A stretch of DNA of 33,700 nucleotides from Desulfobacterales bacterium (GTDB taxonomy: Bacteria; Desulfobacterota; Desulfobulbia; Desulfobulbales; Desulfocapsaceae). The notes under the pieces are model-generated. The model saw only the letters and a program-made list of their open reading frames with translations. It was not told the DNA's origin and ran no database searches. A program made the position numbers and the translations under genes. The DNA lies in contig JABDPQ010000229.1 of NCBI GenBank assembly GCA_013042695.1, forward strand, positions 1-33,700, in the 5' to 3' direction. Positions 8,356 to 17,888 of the stretch are shown piece after piece; the first letter of the stretch is position 1, and every line of letters begins with the position of its first letter.

Positions 8356-9555
8356 ATGAGTGCACAAAGCATACGCTGCCAGAATGACCTGGAACTCTAT
8401 AAAAGGCTGCTCGAGCATCCTGAGGTCATTCAAATCAAGGAAATGATAGCCAGAATGGAAGGAAAGAAACCCATGGGGCTCAGAAGGCGCTTGTTGTCAT
8501 CTTCTGTGCGACTAAGTCGGGGTATGGCACCCGATATTCACAAAATTGCAGATGAATGCATTGAAACACTGGGAATGAAAATTCCACTGGAACTCTATGT
8601 GTTTGCAAGCCCACAATTCAATGCGATGTGTTTCAAGCCGGAGGACGGCCGACTGTTTGTCATGTTCGCATCGAGTTTGCTTGAATCGTTCACCCAAGGA
8701 GAACTGCGTTTTGTTATGGGCCATGAACTTGGGCACCATATTTATGGACACCACAACATACCCATAGGTTATTTGCTTGGTGGCGACGCAAAACCTGATC
8801 CACGCCTGGCATTGGAATTATTTACCTGGTCCAGATATGCTGAAATCTCTGCCGATCGTGCCGGAGCGCATTGCTCACAGGACCTCGACAGTGTTGCCCG
8901 ATCGCTATTCAAGCTGGCGTCCGGCCTGACGGGAAGAACTATCAGCTTCAACCTCAACGATTTTTTAAATCAGATTGATGACATGCAGTTAGTTGATGCT
9001 GAACCGGGCATCAGTGCACCGAAAGAAGATTGGTTTTCCACCCACCCCTTCAGTCCTCTTCGCGTTAAGGCCCTAAAGCTATTTGACGAATCAGAGCATA
9101 CCCGAAATGACGGCATGAGCAAAGCTGATCTGGAGATTGCCGTACAGGGTTTAATGGGTTTAATGGAACCAAGCTATATCGAAGGAAAAACCGAGACAGC
9201 TAAATTTATGCGCCGATTGTTCTATGCCGGTGCTATTGCAATTGCTGATGCCAGCGATGGAATTGGTCCGGAGGAAGTGGAGATTTTCGAGAAGTTTTTT
9301 GGCCCCGGTGAATTTTCAAAAAGTCTCGATGTGACGCGGCTGAAGGAAGATTTGGATAACCGGGTAAAAAACGCCTGCAATAATACCAGCATCCCGCAGC
9401 GCATGCAGGTTCTGCGGGACCTCTGCCTGGTAGCACAGGCAAGCGGCCGCATTACAAATGAAGAGCGGGACGTATTGGAACATCTAGCAGACGGCTTGAA
9501 TATCTCCCGTGGATTTATCGTTCGCACCATCAAACTGCTCATTGAGCCGGACTAA
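8356..9555 (+). CDS. M48-family zinc metallopeptidase fused to a TerB-like C-terminal domain
   Basis: HExxH sits in FVMGHELGHHIYGHH. The C-terminal third (FMRRLFYAGAIAIADASDGIGPEEVEIF...ITNEERDVLEHLADGLNI) looks TerB/DjlA-N-like. I moved the start to the ATG at 8356 (MSAQSIRC...). The 56 upstream codons in the ORF track overlap the divergent remnant and promoter region. Confidence 0.75.
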   Translation: MSAQSIRCQNDLELYKRLLEHPEVIQIKEMIARMEGKKPMGLRRRLLSSSVRLSRGMAPDIHKIADECIETLGMKIPLELYVFASPQFNAMCFKPEDGRLFVMFASSLLESFTQGELRFVMGHELGHHIYGHHNIPIGYLLGGDAKPDPRLALELFTWSRYAEISADRAGAHCSQDLDSVARSLFKLASGLTGRTISFNLNDFLNQIDDMQLVDAEPGISAPKEDWFSTHPFSPLRVKALKLFDESEHTRNDGMSKADLEIAVQGLMGLMEPSYIEGKTETAKFMRRLFYAGAIAIADASDGIGPEEVEIFEKFFGPGEFSKSLDVTRLKEDLDNRVKNACNNTSIPQRMQVLRDLCLVAQASGRITNEERDVLEHLADGLNISRGFIVRTIKLLIEPD

Positions 9556-9671
9556 ATGACTTTAAGCAGCAAAGATGATTACTTTTAAAAAAGCAACAGC
9601 ATTTGCCAGATTCCCTGTACAAAGCGCTACCGTCACTTTGCTCATATCGCCGCCTCAGACAGGAGTGAGCC

Positions 9672-10712
9672 ATGGCAACAATGAAAGCACTGGTAAAGGC
9701 AAAACCAGAAAAAGGAATATGGTTAGAAGAGGTTCCCATACCAGATCCCGGTAAAAATGATGTCCTGATAAAAATATTAAAAACAGCTATCTGCGGTACA
9801 GATGTTCATATTTACAATTGGGATAGCTGGGCGCAAAAGACCATTCCTGTGCCAATGCATGTCGGCCATGAATTTGTCGGCATTGTCATGGAGAAGGGAG
9901 AAAACGTGCACGATTACGCTCCAGGCGATCTCGTCTCAGGTGAGGGACATCTGGTCTGCGGTCACTGCCGCAATTGTCTTGCGGGCCGCCGCCACCTTTG
10001 TCATAGAACGGAGGGTGTTGGCGTCAATCGCCCCGGCGCCTATGCTGAGTATCTCTGCATTCCAGTTGCCAATGTCTGGTATTGTGATCCCAATATCCCG
10101 CACGATATCATTGCCTGTTTCGATCCTCTGGGAAATGCGGTTCATACAGCGCTTTCCTTTGATGTTCTGGGTGAAGACGTTTTAATAACCGGAGCAGGAC
10201 CAATCGGCTGCATGGCGACAGCAATTGCCAGACATGCCGGCGCCCGGCATATTGTTGTCACCGACCGTAATCCATACCGACTCGCTTTGGCAGAGAAGAT
10301 GGGAGCCTCCTTGACCATAAATGTCGGCAGCGAATCGGTTGCTGCAGCCCAGGAAAAGTTATGCATGAAAGAAGGATTTGATGTTGCCATGGAGATGTCC
10401 GGCAGTCCCCAGGCCCTGCAGACGATCTTTGAAAATACCTGCCACGGTGGCAAAATCGCTCTACTTGGTATCATGGACAAGCCGTACGAGCTGGATTTGA
10501 ACACGGTGGTATTTAACGGCTTGAGCATCAAAGGGATATACGGCAGAGAGATGTTTGAAACCTGGTATAAAATGACCTCAATGATCCAGACCGGGCTTGA
10601 CATTTCCCCTGTCATTACCCATCGGTTCGACTATACAGATTTCGAAAAAGGTTTCGAGGTTATGCGATCCGGGCATTCCGGGAAAGTGGTGCTTAATTGG
10701 GCCGACAGTTGA
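9672..10712 (+). CDS. tdh: L-threonine 3-dehydrogenase
   Basis: [66 protein letters not shown] is near-collinear with E. coli Tdh as I remember it. AGGAG RBS. Confidence 0.92.
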   Translation: MATMKALVKAKPEKGIWLEEVPIPDPGKNDVLIKILKTAICGTDVHIYNWDSWAQKTIPVPMHVGHEFVGIVMEKGENVHDYAPGDLVSGEGHLVCGHCRNCLAGRRHLCHRTEGVGVNRPGAYAEYLCIPVANVWYCDPNIPHDIIACFDPLGNAVHTALSFDVLGEDVLITGAGPIGCMATAIARHAGARHIVVTDRNPYRLALAEKMGASLTINVGSESVAAAQEKLCMKEGFDVAMEMSGSPQALQTIFENTCHGGKIALLGIMDKPYELDLNTVVFNGLSIKGIYGREMFETWYKMTSMIQTGLDISPVITHRFDYTDFEKGFEVMRSGHSGKVVLNWADS

Positions 10713-10774
10713 ACCGCACTTCTTTGAAAAATTGATCGTCTTTTGACCACCTTGATATCTATGGAGACCGCATC

Positions 10775-11995
10775 ATGTCGTTGAATAACCTGGATAGCAG
10801 TCTTGCTAAAGAACTTGAAGCCTTGTCTTCTGAGGGAAGGTTGAAACCTCCAGAGCGCATTATTACCGGAATTGCACCAGCCATAGACAAGAAAGGCCCG
10901 CGATACCTGCTGGAAGGAGGCAACCGTGAGTTTATCAGAATGAATTCAAACTCCTACTTGTCGCTGTCCACCCATCCTGAGCTTATCAAGGCGGCAGATG
11001 AAGCCACCCATACCTTCGGCGTTGGACCGGGCGCCGTTCGTTTTATCGATGGCACCTTCAGCTATCATATCGAGCTTGAAGAAAAAATTGCCGCCTTTGT
11101 AAAAAAACCAGCAGCCAAAATCTTTAACTCTGCTTATACGGCAAATTGTGGTTTAGCCTTATCCATCGGCAGCCCAAAAACCCACTGGATAGGTGATCAG
11201 CTCAATCACAATTCCATTATTCGAGCAATGCGCATTGCCGGGGTTCCCCGAGAAAACAAGGGGATTTTCAACCATAACGATATGGACGACCTGAAACGAT
11301 GTATGGACGAGATCAATCCTGACATCGAGCGAGTAGTGGTAATTTTCGATGGCATATACAGCATGCGGGGAGACAATGCTCCTATTGAGGCAGTACAATC
11401 GATTACAGCAGAGTATACAGAGCATTTTGCCGACGGAGTTATCACCGTTGTTGACGATTCCCATGGCATTGGCGCCTATGGCGATAGCGGCCGAGGTACC
11501 CCCGAGCATTGCGGTGCTTTGCCGGACATCATCATTGGCACCTTCGGTAAAGCATTCGGCGTCAATGGCGGCTTTATTGCGGCGAGTAAAACTGTTGTCG
11601 AAGCAGTTCGGCAGAAGGCTGACACCTATATCTATACCAATCCGCTCAGTGTTGCTGATTGTGCTGCTGCAGCGCGTGCACTTGATATATGCGACAGCCT
11701 GGAAGGGCAGGTAATTCTAAAACACCTCAAAGAGAGAACCATGCAGTTCAGGGCTGGCCTGGAACAATTGGGAAGAGAATCCATACCCGGACCACATCCG
11801 GTGGTACCGCTTATGGTGCGCGATACCGGCAAAACTCACCGGATGGTCAATGCGTTATATGATAACGGCGTCCTTGTCGTTGGGCTGACCTTTCCGGTGG
11901 TGCCTCGCGGCGATGAGAGTATCCGCTTTCAGGTAAACGCAGCTCATAGTGCATCTGATATCGAATATGTCTTAGAGGTACTTGAAAACCTCTAA
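10775..11995 (+). CDS. kbl: Glycine C-acetyltransferase (2-amino-3-ketobutyrate CoA ligase)
   Basis: It belongs to the alpha-oxoamine synthase family: SNSYLSLS, DDSHGIGAYG, GTFGKAFG (PLP lysine). It lies directly downstream of tdh, which is the classical functional pair. Confidence 0.88.
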   Translation: MSLNNLDSSLAKELEALSSEGRLKPPERIITGIAPAIDKKGPRYLLEGGNREFIRMNSNSYLSLSTHPELIKAADEATHTFGVGPGAVRFIDGTFSYHIELEEKIAAFVKKPAAKIFNSAYTANCGLALSIGSPKTHWIGDQLNHNSIIRAMRIAGVPRENKGIFNHNDMDDLKRCMDEINPDIERVVVIFDGIYSMRGDNAPIEAVQSITAEYTEHFADGVITVVDDSHGIGAYGDSGRGTPEHCGALPDIIIGTFGKAFGVNGGFIAASKTVVEAVRQKADTYIYTNPLSVADCAAAARALDICDSLEGQVILKHLKERTMQFRAGLEQLGRESIPGPHPVVPLMVRDTGKTHRMVNALYDNGVLVVGLTFPVVPRGDESIRFQVNAAHSASDIEYVLEVLENL

Positions 11996-12034
11996 AAAGG
12001 CTGTCAAAAAAGTCATTCCCTGAAAAAACCTGCT

Positions 12035-13915
12035 TCATCGCTCTGTACGGCGTTCATTGGACTGGAGCATCTGCAACAGAGTACCGTGGGTAAGCAGGTC
12101 CGAGTTAATCATGCCAAGCACCTTGCCATCGACCACTACCGGCATGGCAGATATGCGGTTCTGCTCCAACTTGCGAACAACGTCAATTATTTTGTCATTC
12201 GGTGCTGCGGCAATTACTTCGCGACTCATTACATCTGATAAGCCAACAGCATCACAAATACCCTCGGATGCGGCTCGCGTCACATCATACGCAGTTACCA
12301 CCCCGACCAGCATGCGATCATCAGACAGGACGCCGACCAGACTGCGACCTCCGGCCACAATCTCCATGGCTACTTCCTGCAAACTGGAGGTTTCGGTGAC
12401 CGTACTAATAGGAATCATGATGTCTGCAGCTGTACGGCGGCTCTCCCGGTCCGTCAGCCGCTGCAGACTGAGGTGTTCAGCCGCGCCGCAGGGCAGCAGG
12501 TCAACATCATCAGCTAACAGGTCAATGAGTTCGACCATGTTGCGATGAATTACCTCCTTTCTCGCAAGAGTACCCTCCTCCAGACGCTGGACCGACAATG
12601 CACCAAATGCTTCAGCATGCGTTTTGAGCCATTCAACAACAGCAGCACGGTCTCCCAGACATTCAGTTGGAATTTGCAGATTATCAGGGGTTTTGACCGA
12701 TTGTTCCTGTGCGGCAAAAATAACCCCACCTGAATTGACCAGGTAATCAGTTGCAATCATAACGCCTTTATGGCGGTAGACAATCTGCTCCATCTGGATT
12801 CGGGAAGCTTTGCGATTGGGATCAGGTGAATAGGTATTGGCACCTTCAACGATTACCAGCCATCTCCCCATACGATCGACACTCATAGACGTATCTTCGG
12901 ACGGCATGACTCCGAGATAATTAAAAGTTGCCGTGGCAGGAATCAGGCATACTGCAGACTCCCGAAGAAGGTTGTTGGCATTTGTGGAAAATTTTGTCGG
13001 GAATTTATGCCCTCTGCCGGCAATCTGCTTGTTATAGTAGGCATTTGTTACCAATCCCCGCTTCTGCCATAAATCAAACAGCCTCTCTATCGGCAATCCG
13101 TTTTCGTTGTAGAGATAGCCTTCAAGATCACTGATTCCAATAACACGAAGATCCTGCATGTCTTCAGTCATAATACGTGCAGCGTGCGCTCCCACGGCTC
13201 CGAACCCCTGGATAATTACCGTAAGCTCCTTGGGAGTAGGAATCACTATGTCGGCAAACTGCGGCAACACGCGAAGCCTCGGTAACACCTCTAAAAGGGT
13301 CTGCATGGCAATCACCACTCCGCCGGCAGCCCCTCCCAGTTCATCAATTCGGTTGCCCCCCATGTCCGCCGGTTTGGAAACGGCACTGTCCAGCCCATTT
13401 ATCATGGCAACGGTTTTCATATCACTGTCGTTGGTCCCCACATCCGGTCCCGGCACGTATATACCGCGATAGCGGCGCAGAAGACGCGCAAAACCGGCAA
13501 TCACATTTTCTCGATCAGCCGCTGACAATCCACCGCTGGTGACAATGCCGGATTTCCCGCCGCCATAGGGCAGGTCTGCCGCAGCGTTTTTAAGCGTCAT
13601 CCCCCGGGCAAGGTTTTGAATATCAATCAGTGTAATATCAGGCAATGCTCTGATGCCACCCATTGAGGGACTCCCCATGGCAACGTTGTCGACAACCAGG
13701 TAACCGCCAATCTCAACCGGTGAAGCGTCATCCCACATGCACACCACCATCTGTGGACCAAGCTTGTCTACGGTAATTCCAAGTTGAGCCAGCAACTGTT
13801 GTTCTCCGAAACCGAACTCGAGATAACACCGGCTGCCATCCCGGATTGTACGACTTTCGATCGCCGTCTCAGAGAGTGTCTGCCGCAGATAGGTAGCCAG
13901 ATTCTTTGGAATCAT
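12035..13915 (-). CDS. Glu/Leu/Phe/Val dehydrogenase-family enzyme with a C-terminal CBS-domain pair
   Basis: It has the catalytic motif LPYGGGKSGIV and the dinucleotide fold IQGFGAVGAHAARIM. The last ~140 aa (about 12035..12460) form two CBS repeats (IMIPISTVTE...LVGVLSDDRMLVGVVTAYDV; VMSREVIAAAP...AMPVVVDGKVLGMINSDLL). I set the start at the ATG at 13915 with a GGAGAAGA RBS. The ORF-track start at 13963 is a TTG. Confidence 0.8.
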   Translation of the reverse strand: MIPKNLATYLRQTLSETAIESRTIRDGSRCYLEFGFGEQQLLAQLGITVDKLGPQMVVCMWDDASPVEIGGYLVVDNVAMGSPSMGGIRALPDITLIDIQNLARGMTLKNAAADLPYGGGKSGIVTSGGLSAADRENVIAGFARLLRRYRGIYVPGPDVGTNDSDMKTVAMINGLDSAVSKPADMGGNRIDELGGAAGGVVIAMQTLLEVLPRLRVLPQFADIVIPTPKELTVIIQGFGAVGAHAARIMTEDMQDLRVIGISDLEGYLYNENGLPIERLFDLWQKRGLVTNAYYNKQIAGRGHKFPTKFSTNANNLLRESAVCLIPATATFNYLGVMPSEDTSMSVDRMGRWLVIVEGANTYSPDPNRKASRIQMEQIVYRHKGVMIATDYLVNSGGVIFAAQEQSVKTPDNLQIPTECLGDRAAVVEWLKTHAEAFGALSVQRLEEGTLARKEVIHRNMVELIDLLADDVDLLPCGAAEHLSLQRLTDRESRRTAADIMIPISTVTETSSLQEVAMEIVAGGRSLVGVLSDDRMLVGVVTAYDVTRAASEGICDAVGLSDVMSREVIAAAPNDKIIDVVRKLEQNRISAMPVVVDGKVLGMINSDLLTHGTLLQMLQSNERRTER

Positions 13916-14050
13916 GACGCTCTTCTCCAACGATATAGGGAAAGCTGAGGTGATCCCTCCCAAAGAACCATGTATACCGTCTCAGATGATGGCAGAATGA
14001 CCTGCTCAATCGAATTATTGTATACATGAGAATGCATCGCAGACACCGGT

Positions 14051-15316
14051 CTATCTGTGCAGATTCTCTGCACAAATCACATCTATACCAGCCCGGGTAA
14101 GGGCTTCGGCCGTGCGGTTTATTGCGTCATGTTTGTCCATGTAGTTCTGCTCGAGAGCTTCCATCAAACCCTGGGCAAGAATCTCTTCTTTGGGAAGAAA
14201 GTATTCCAATATATCGGAGACATGCACGCGAGTTTGATCCACCTCAGGATCACCACCTTCATGCTTCGCTGAAATATTCGGCACTGTTGCGGCAACTTCC
14301 ACGAGTTCATCACGCCTCAAGTAAGGCTGACGGACAATATGTTTAATCGGTTCAGTGATATGATGCTCAAAACGAACTAGTTCAGTTTGATTCAGTGCAC
14401 GTCTGATTGTATCGCTTTCGATAATTGTTTGATTATTAACCGAGTTTGAAAAATTAAATCCGATCAAACTGCTAGAACCATCGTCGCGCCCGAACATGCG
14501 GCTGCCGATGAGTGTCCATAGCACGGCATAAGGATTGTCGTTGCCCATGAAAACAGAGATTTTAAATTCCATATCAACCCCGAGTTTATGGAGCAAGTAA
14601 CCTAATAAGACCGTTCCAGGATTGATGTTAAGCACCTGGCGGATACCGTAAGTGGTAAAATAGTACAAGTATTCATCAATCCATTTGAGTGGGTAGTCAT
14701 TGGGCTGGCCGATACCACCAAAATAGCCGGTGATTGTCTCGGGGCCACCCAGATGAACGTTGGATCCATCGGTACCTTTTGTATCAAGGGTCTCAACATA
14801 GCTTGCTCCGATAATTCTCATAGCGGCTGCAACGGCCAAAATATCGCCGTCATCAGCCTCCTGCTCCTTCATTGCTCGTACGCGGATATAACGGCCAGGC
14901 ATGAGCTCACCATGCTTAATAGAATGTTTGGCTTGAGTTATCAGCCAGGGGAAAAACTGGAGTGCTGAGATTTCCAAGGTCACCGCATTATCAGTGTTGA
15001 ACGTCATTTTATCGGCCTTACCACCAAGTATTTTACGCCGGTAATCGGGCATCGAGATGAACGCTCTATTCTGACGCTGCTCCAGCAGCCAGTCTAGGTC
15101 TGCACCATAGGGCGATCGCTGTTCTTTCAACCGTTTCATCAGGTTGCTAAGATCACCGGCCTCAAGCGCTTTTCGATTAATTTCATCAACTCCTCCATAC
15201 TTCTCAATCAGCTCCAGCAAACGAGTGATCAGAGGATTCTCAGGGTCCAGCAGGTAACGGTTGATTTCCTCCAGCCGTTCGGTAGGAATCTGCAATCGGC
15301 TTCTTATATCAGACAT
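14051..15316 (-). CDS. Conserved-looking hypothetical protein, 421 aa, function unknown
   Basis: A long open frame with normal composition and a strong GAGAGAGGAA RBS before the ATG at 15316 (the ORF-track start is a GTG 17 codons upstream). I recognise no catalytic motif. Confidence refers to it being coding, not to any function. Confidence 0.7.
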   Translation of the reverse strand: MSDIRSRLQIPTERLEEINRYLLDPENPLITRLLELIEKYGGVDEINRKALEAGDLSNLMKRLKEQRSPYGADLDWLLEQRQNRAFISMPDYRRKILGGKADKMTFNTDNAVTLEISALQFFPWLITQAKHSIKHGELMPGRYIRVRAMKEQEADDGDILAVAAAMRIIGASYVETLDTKGTDGSNVHLGGPETITGYFGGIGQPNDYPLKWIDEYLYYFTTYGIRQVLNINPGTVLLGYLLHKLGVDMEFKISVFMGNDNPYAVLWTLIGSRMFGRDDGSSSLIGFNFSNSVNNQTIIESDTIRRALNQTELVRFEHHITEPIKHIVRQPYLRRDELVEVAATVPNISAKHEGGDPEVDQTRVHVSDILEYFLPKEEILAQGLMEALEQNYMDKHDAINRTAEALTRAGIDVICAENLHR

Positions 15317-15505
15317 AGTTCCTCTCTCAAGCAATAGAGCCACTTGCAAAACGCCCTTTTCGTTCACCCTCTGCGTTATGCTTAAATTTTTATCCTCGGA
15401 ATAGCAATTATATGCCTGCGGAAACTATTTTTCGCAGGCCTTGACTGTGAACGAAAATCATCATTTTGCCAAAGGCTCAATAGATTATTGTTGAAAATCA
15501 TATAA

Positions 15506-16363
15506 TTAATTAAATTTATCCAACATCTCAGAAAATCTTTTCTCCTCACCCTCAAGGATGTGATAGCAATGTTCATCTGCGGGAAATGTTTCTTTTTTAA
15601 CATCTTCTCTATAGGCACGGAATGCCTGGGTAATAATTTCACCAACATCACAATACTTCCTGACGAATTTAGGAGTAAATGCCTGAAACTGGCCAATCAT
15701 GTCAGAGACGATTAATAGTTGTCCGTCGGTTTCAATTCCGGCACCGATTCCATAGACGGGAATGTCCAACTTCTTGGTAATAAACGCGGAAAGTTCTGGT
15801 GGAATTGCCTCAAGAAGCAGTAGATGAGCTCCCGCTTGCTGAATAGCCAGCGCATCTTTAATCACCAGTTCTGCTGATTCTGTGGTTCGCCCCTGTGCCT
15901 TGTGACCGCCGAGTTGCCCGGAGCTTTGCGGAGTTAAACCAATATGTCCACATACGACAATGCCGGCATCGACTATGGCTTTAATGCGCGAGACCGTACG
16001 AACGCCCCCTTCAAGCTTGATGGCGTCCACGTATGCTTCCTTGAGAAAGCGCCCGGCGTTGGCCACTGCCACCTGATCTGACTCCTGGTAGCTCATGAAC
16101 GGCATGTCACCGATCACAAAAGCTGTGGGTGCACCTCGGCGTACAGCTTCGGTATGTACAATACACTGGTCCATAGTCACGGGAACGGTGCTCTCGTAGC
16201 CATAAACACACATGCCCATAGAGTCTCCAACCAGAATCATTTCGATACCCGCTGCTTCCTGAAATTGAGCGGTTGGAAAATCATAGCAGGTGAGCCAGCT
16301 GACTTTCTCACCAGCGGCCTTTTTAGTATAGAGATCATTTATTGAGATTTTTTTTCGTGTCAT
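15506..16363 (-). CDS. panB: 3-methyl-2-oxobutanoate hydroxymethyltransferase
   Basis: LTCYDFPTAQ...ILVGDSMGM...VIGDMPFMSY...AIKLEGG...VCGHIGLTPQS are hallmark PanB blocks. AGGAGGA RBS. Confidence 0.92.
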   Translation of the reverse strand: MTRKKISINDLYTKKAAGEKVSWLTCYDFPTAQFQEAAGIEMILVGDSMGMCVYGYESTVPVTMDQCIVHTEAVRRGAPTAFVIGDMPFMSYQESDQVAVANAGRFLKEAYVDAIKLEGGVRTVSRIKAIVDAGIVVCGHIGLTPQSSGQLGGHKAQGRTTESAELVIKDALAIQQAGAHLLLLEAIPPELSAFITKKLDIPVYGIGAGIETDGQLLIVSDMIGQFQAFTPKFVRKYCDVGEIITQAFRAYREDVKKETFPADEHCYHILEGEEKRFSEMLDKFN

Positions 16364-16823
16364 TGAATAAATCCTCCTGATAATAAAAGTGATACATTAT
16401 CTGGCGCGTACTAACCGATTGAGAAATTGGTTGATCTGTCAATCAAGAGTACCTTCTGACATCAATAATCTGACAGGCAATAACCAGGAACCCTCGAAAA
16501 CAAACTTCCTAACAAATGTAGCTAAATTTACAGTATTGAATGAGGGAATACTTGTCAACTTATTAATTATTGTTGGCATAACAGCAAAGTAGGCTCATCA
16601 GCAATCAGAGGTGCACAAGTTTAGCTGAATGATAAGCGAACGCCTGAGGAAGAGAGATTTAAGGGCTCTAATTGTCTGATGTTTTTTTTGTAGTAAAACG
16701 CCGACTAAAGTGTACTCTGCCATTGCCGCTTTACTCTCCGATAGCTCCCCTTCCTATTGCCACTTGTTGTTAATCAGACAGAGGCTGCTTATTGTTAACT
16801 CAGCAGGGATATTCGAGGGAAGG

Positions 16824-17090
16824 ATGGATTATTTTATGCATGATAAAAAAGAACTCTGTGAGGCCATAGTTTCACTCTACCCAGATATTGGTGTATGCGG
16901 AATTGACCTCAAAGTCGAGTATGATGAACCTAAAAAAGCGTGGGCAGTCCATTTACATCGAGACGACCATCACTTGACCCATTATATCGAAAATACTGAA
17001 GCGGATAATTGCCTTGATGGCAAGCAATGTGTCTCTCTGGGTCTAGAGATCGCCCAACTCAAAAAGCACATTGAAGGAGAGGGGTTTTAG
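16824..17090 (+). CDS. Small Cys/His-rich hypothetical protein (84-88 aa)
   Basis: An open frame with ATGs at 16824 and 16836. The purine-rich GAGGGAAGGATGG favours 16836. It has four Cys and an HLHRDDHHLTHY stretch. I recognise no family. Confidence 0.45.
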   Translation: MDYFMHDKKELCEAIVSLYPDIGVCGIDLKVEYDEPKKAWAVHLHRDDHHLTHYIENTEADNCLDGKQCVSLGLEIAQLKKHIEGEGF

Positions 17091-17095
17091 AAGAC

Positions 17096-17704
17096 TTATG
17101 ATGAACAAATAAGTTTTCCGGCAAGAAGCGTTCCGGTCATTGCCAGGCATTCCATATCAAGAAAATATTGTGCCGTTGCTTTGTACAGGATGGAGCAGGT
17201 TGCCTCAAAGAGATCATCCTGGTCATTGAAATTGACGATCACAGGAATTCTTGGTAAGGCATAAAAGAGCAGGGAAAGATCGTATGAAGCATCCTCCCTG
17301 ATCTCTGCTCCCAATTCGTCTGCACGTTCTCTAAAGCGCTCAAGCTTTCCTGAGTAGGTGGATTCTATGATCTTGTTTGTGTTTGTCGTGAAATATGAGA
17401 TGAGAGGAGCTGAATTGCGAAATTCCCGGTAGGTCATCAATCGATTTTGCTGAGGTGGAATTTCAGCAGGACAGCTAAGAACATATTTGCACAGGATAAC
17501 GCTCACGGCCGCTGCGACCTCCCCGCCATGACAATCAACGATGGTATCACCCGATACAGCATATGTTTTATTGTAAAGCGGCACGATTAAGGCGTCTTCT
17601 GAGATACTGACGCCGAGCAGATCAGCACGTGAGAGGTAATCGATGTTTTTAATCTCACCAAGGTAACGACGATAGGTTTCTTCGAAGACCGGTGCCTGCG
17701 CCAT
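17096..17704 (-). CDS. DUF3786-family protein (short form, no Fe-S N-terminal domain)
   Basis: A 202-aa ORF that is collinear with the C-terminal 200 aa of the 22995..23807 product: ...YREFRNS / SFRELRGG..., PRIPVIVNFNDQDDLFEATCSILY / PKVPLMICYWKKDEGMGSSLNVFF. The family name is from memory. Confidence 0.7.
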   Translation of the reverse strand: MAQAPVFEETYRRYLGEIKNIDYLSRADLLGVSISEDALIVPLYNKTYAVSGDTIVDCHGGEVAAAVSVILCKYVLSCPAEIPPQQNRLMTYREFRNSAPLISYFTTNTNKIIESTYSGKLERFRERADELGAEIREDASYDLSLLFYALPRIPVIVNFNDQDDLFEATCSILYKATAQYFLDMECLAMTGTLLAGKLICSS

Positions 17705-17705
17705 G

Positions 17706-17888
17706 TTATTCAGAACCTTTAAGCCGTACTAATTCATTAAGAAGCGCGTCCCGCTCATCTTCGAGCTCGAGCAGATCCATCATTACCGGCGGTTTTATTG
17801 AATGAGCCGGTAGCCGTTTTTGGGTCTCGGCAATTTCTTCTTCCAGCTTCTTCAGTCTACTTTCCAGATTGTCGCGGTTTTGGCTCAT
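17706..17888 (-). CDS. Small coiled-coil protein (60 aa) with an LPAHSIKP...LEDERD motif
   Basis: Its start overlaps the upstream stop (ATGA at 17885..17888), and its stop is 1 nt from the DUF3786 start, so translational coupling supports it as a real gene. I recall the motif from small deltaproteobacterial proteins that are often mis-annotated as histidine kinase. Confidence 0.55.
   Translation of the reverse strand: MSQNRDNLESRLKKLEEEIAETQKRLPAHSIKPPVMMDLLELEDERDALLNELVRLKGSE

Noticed and set aside
16681-16690. A T8 run that could mark an intrinsic terminator or the end of an sRNA in the panB upstream spacer.
   Set aside because: No GC-rich stem directly precedes the T-run. Only a 4-bp AGAG/CTCT pairing is available.
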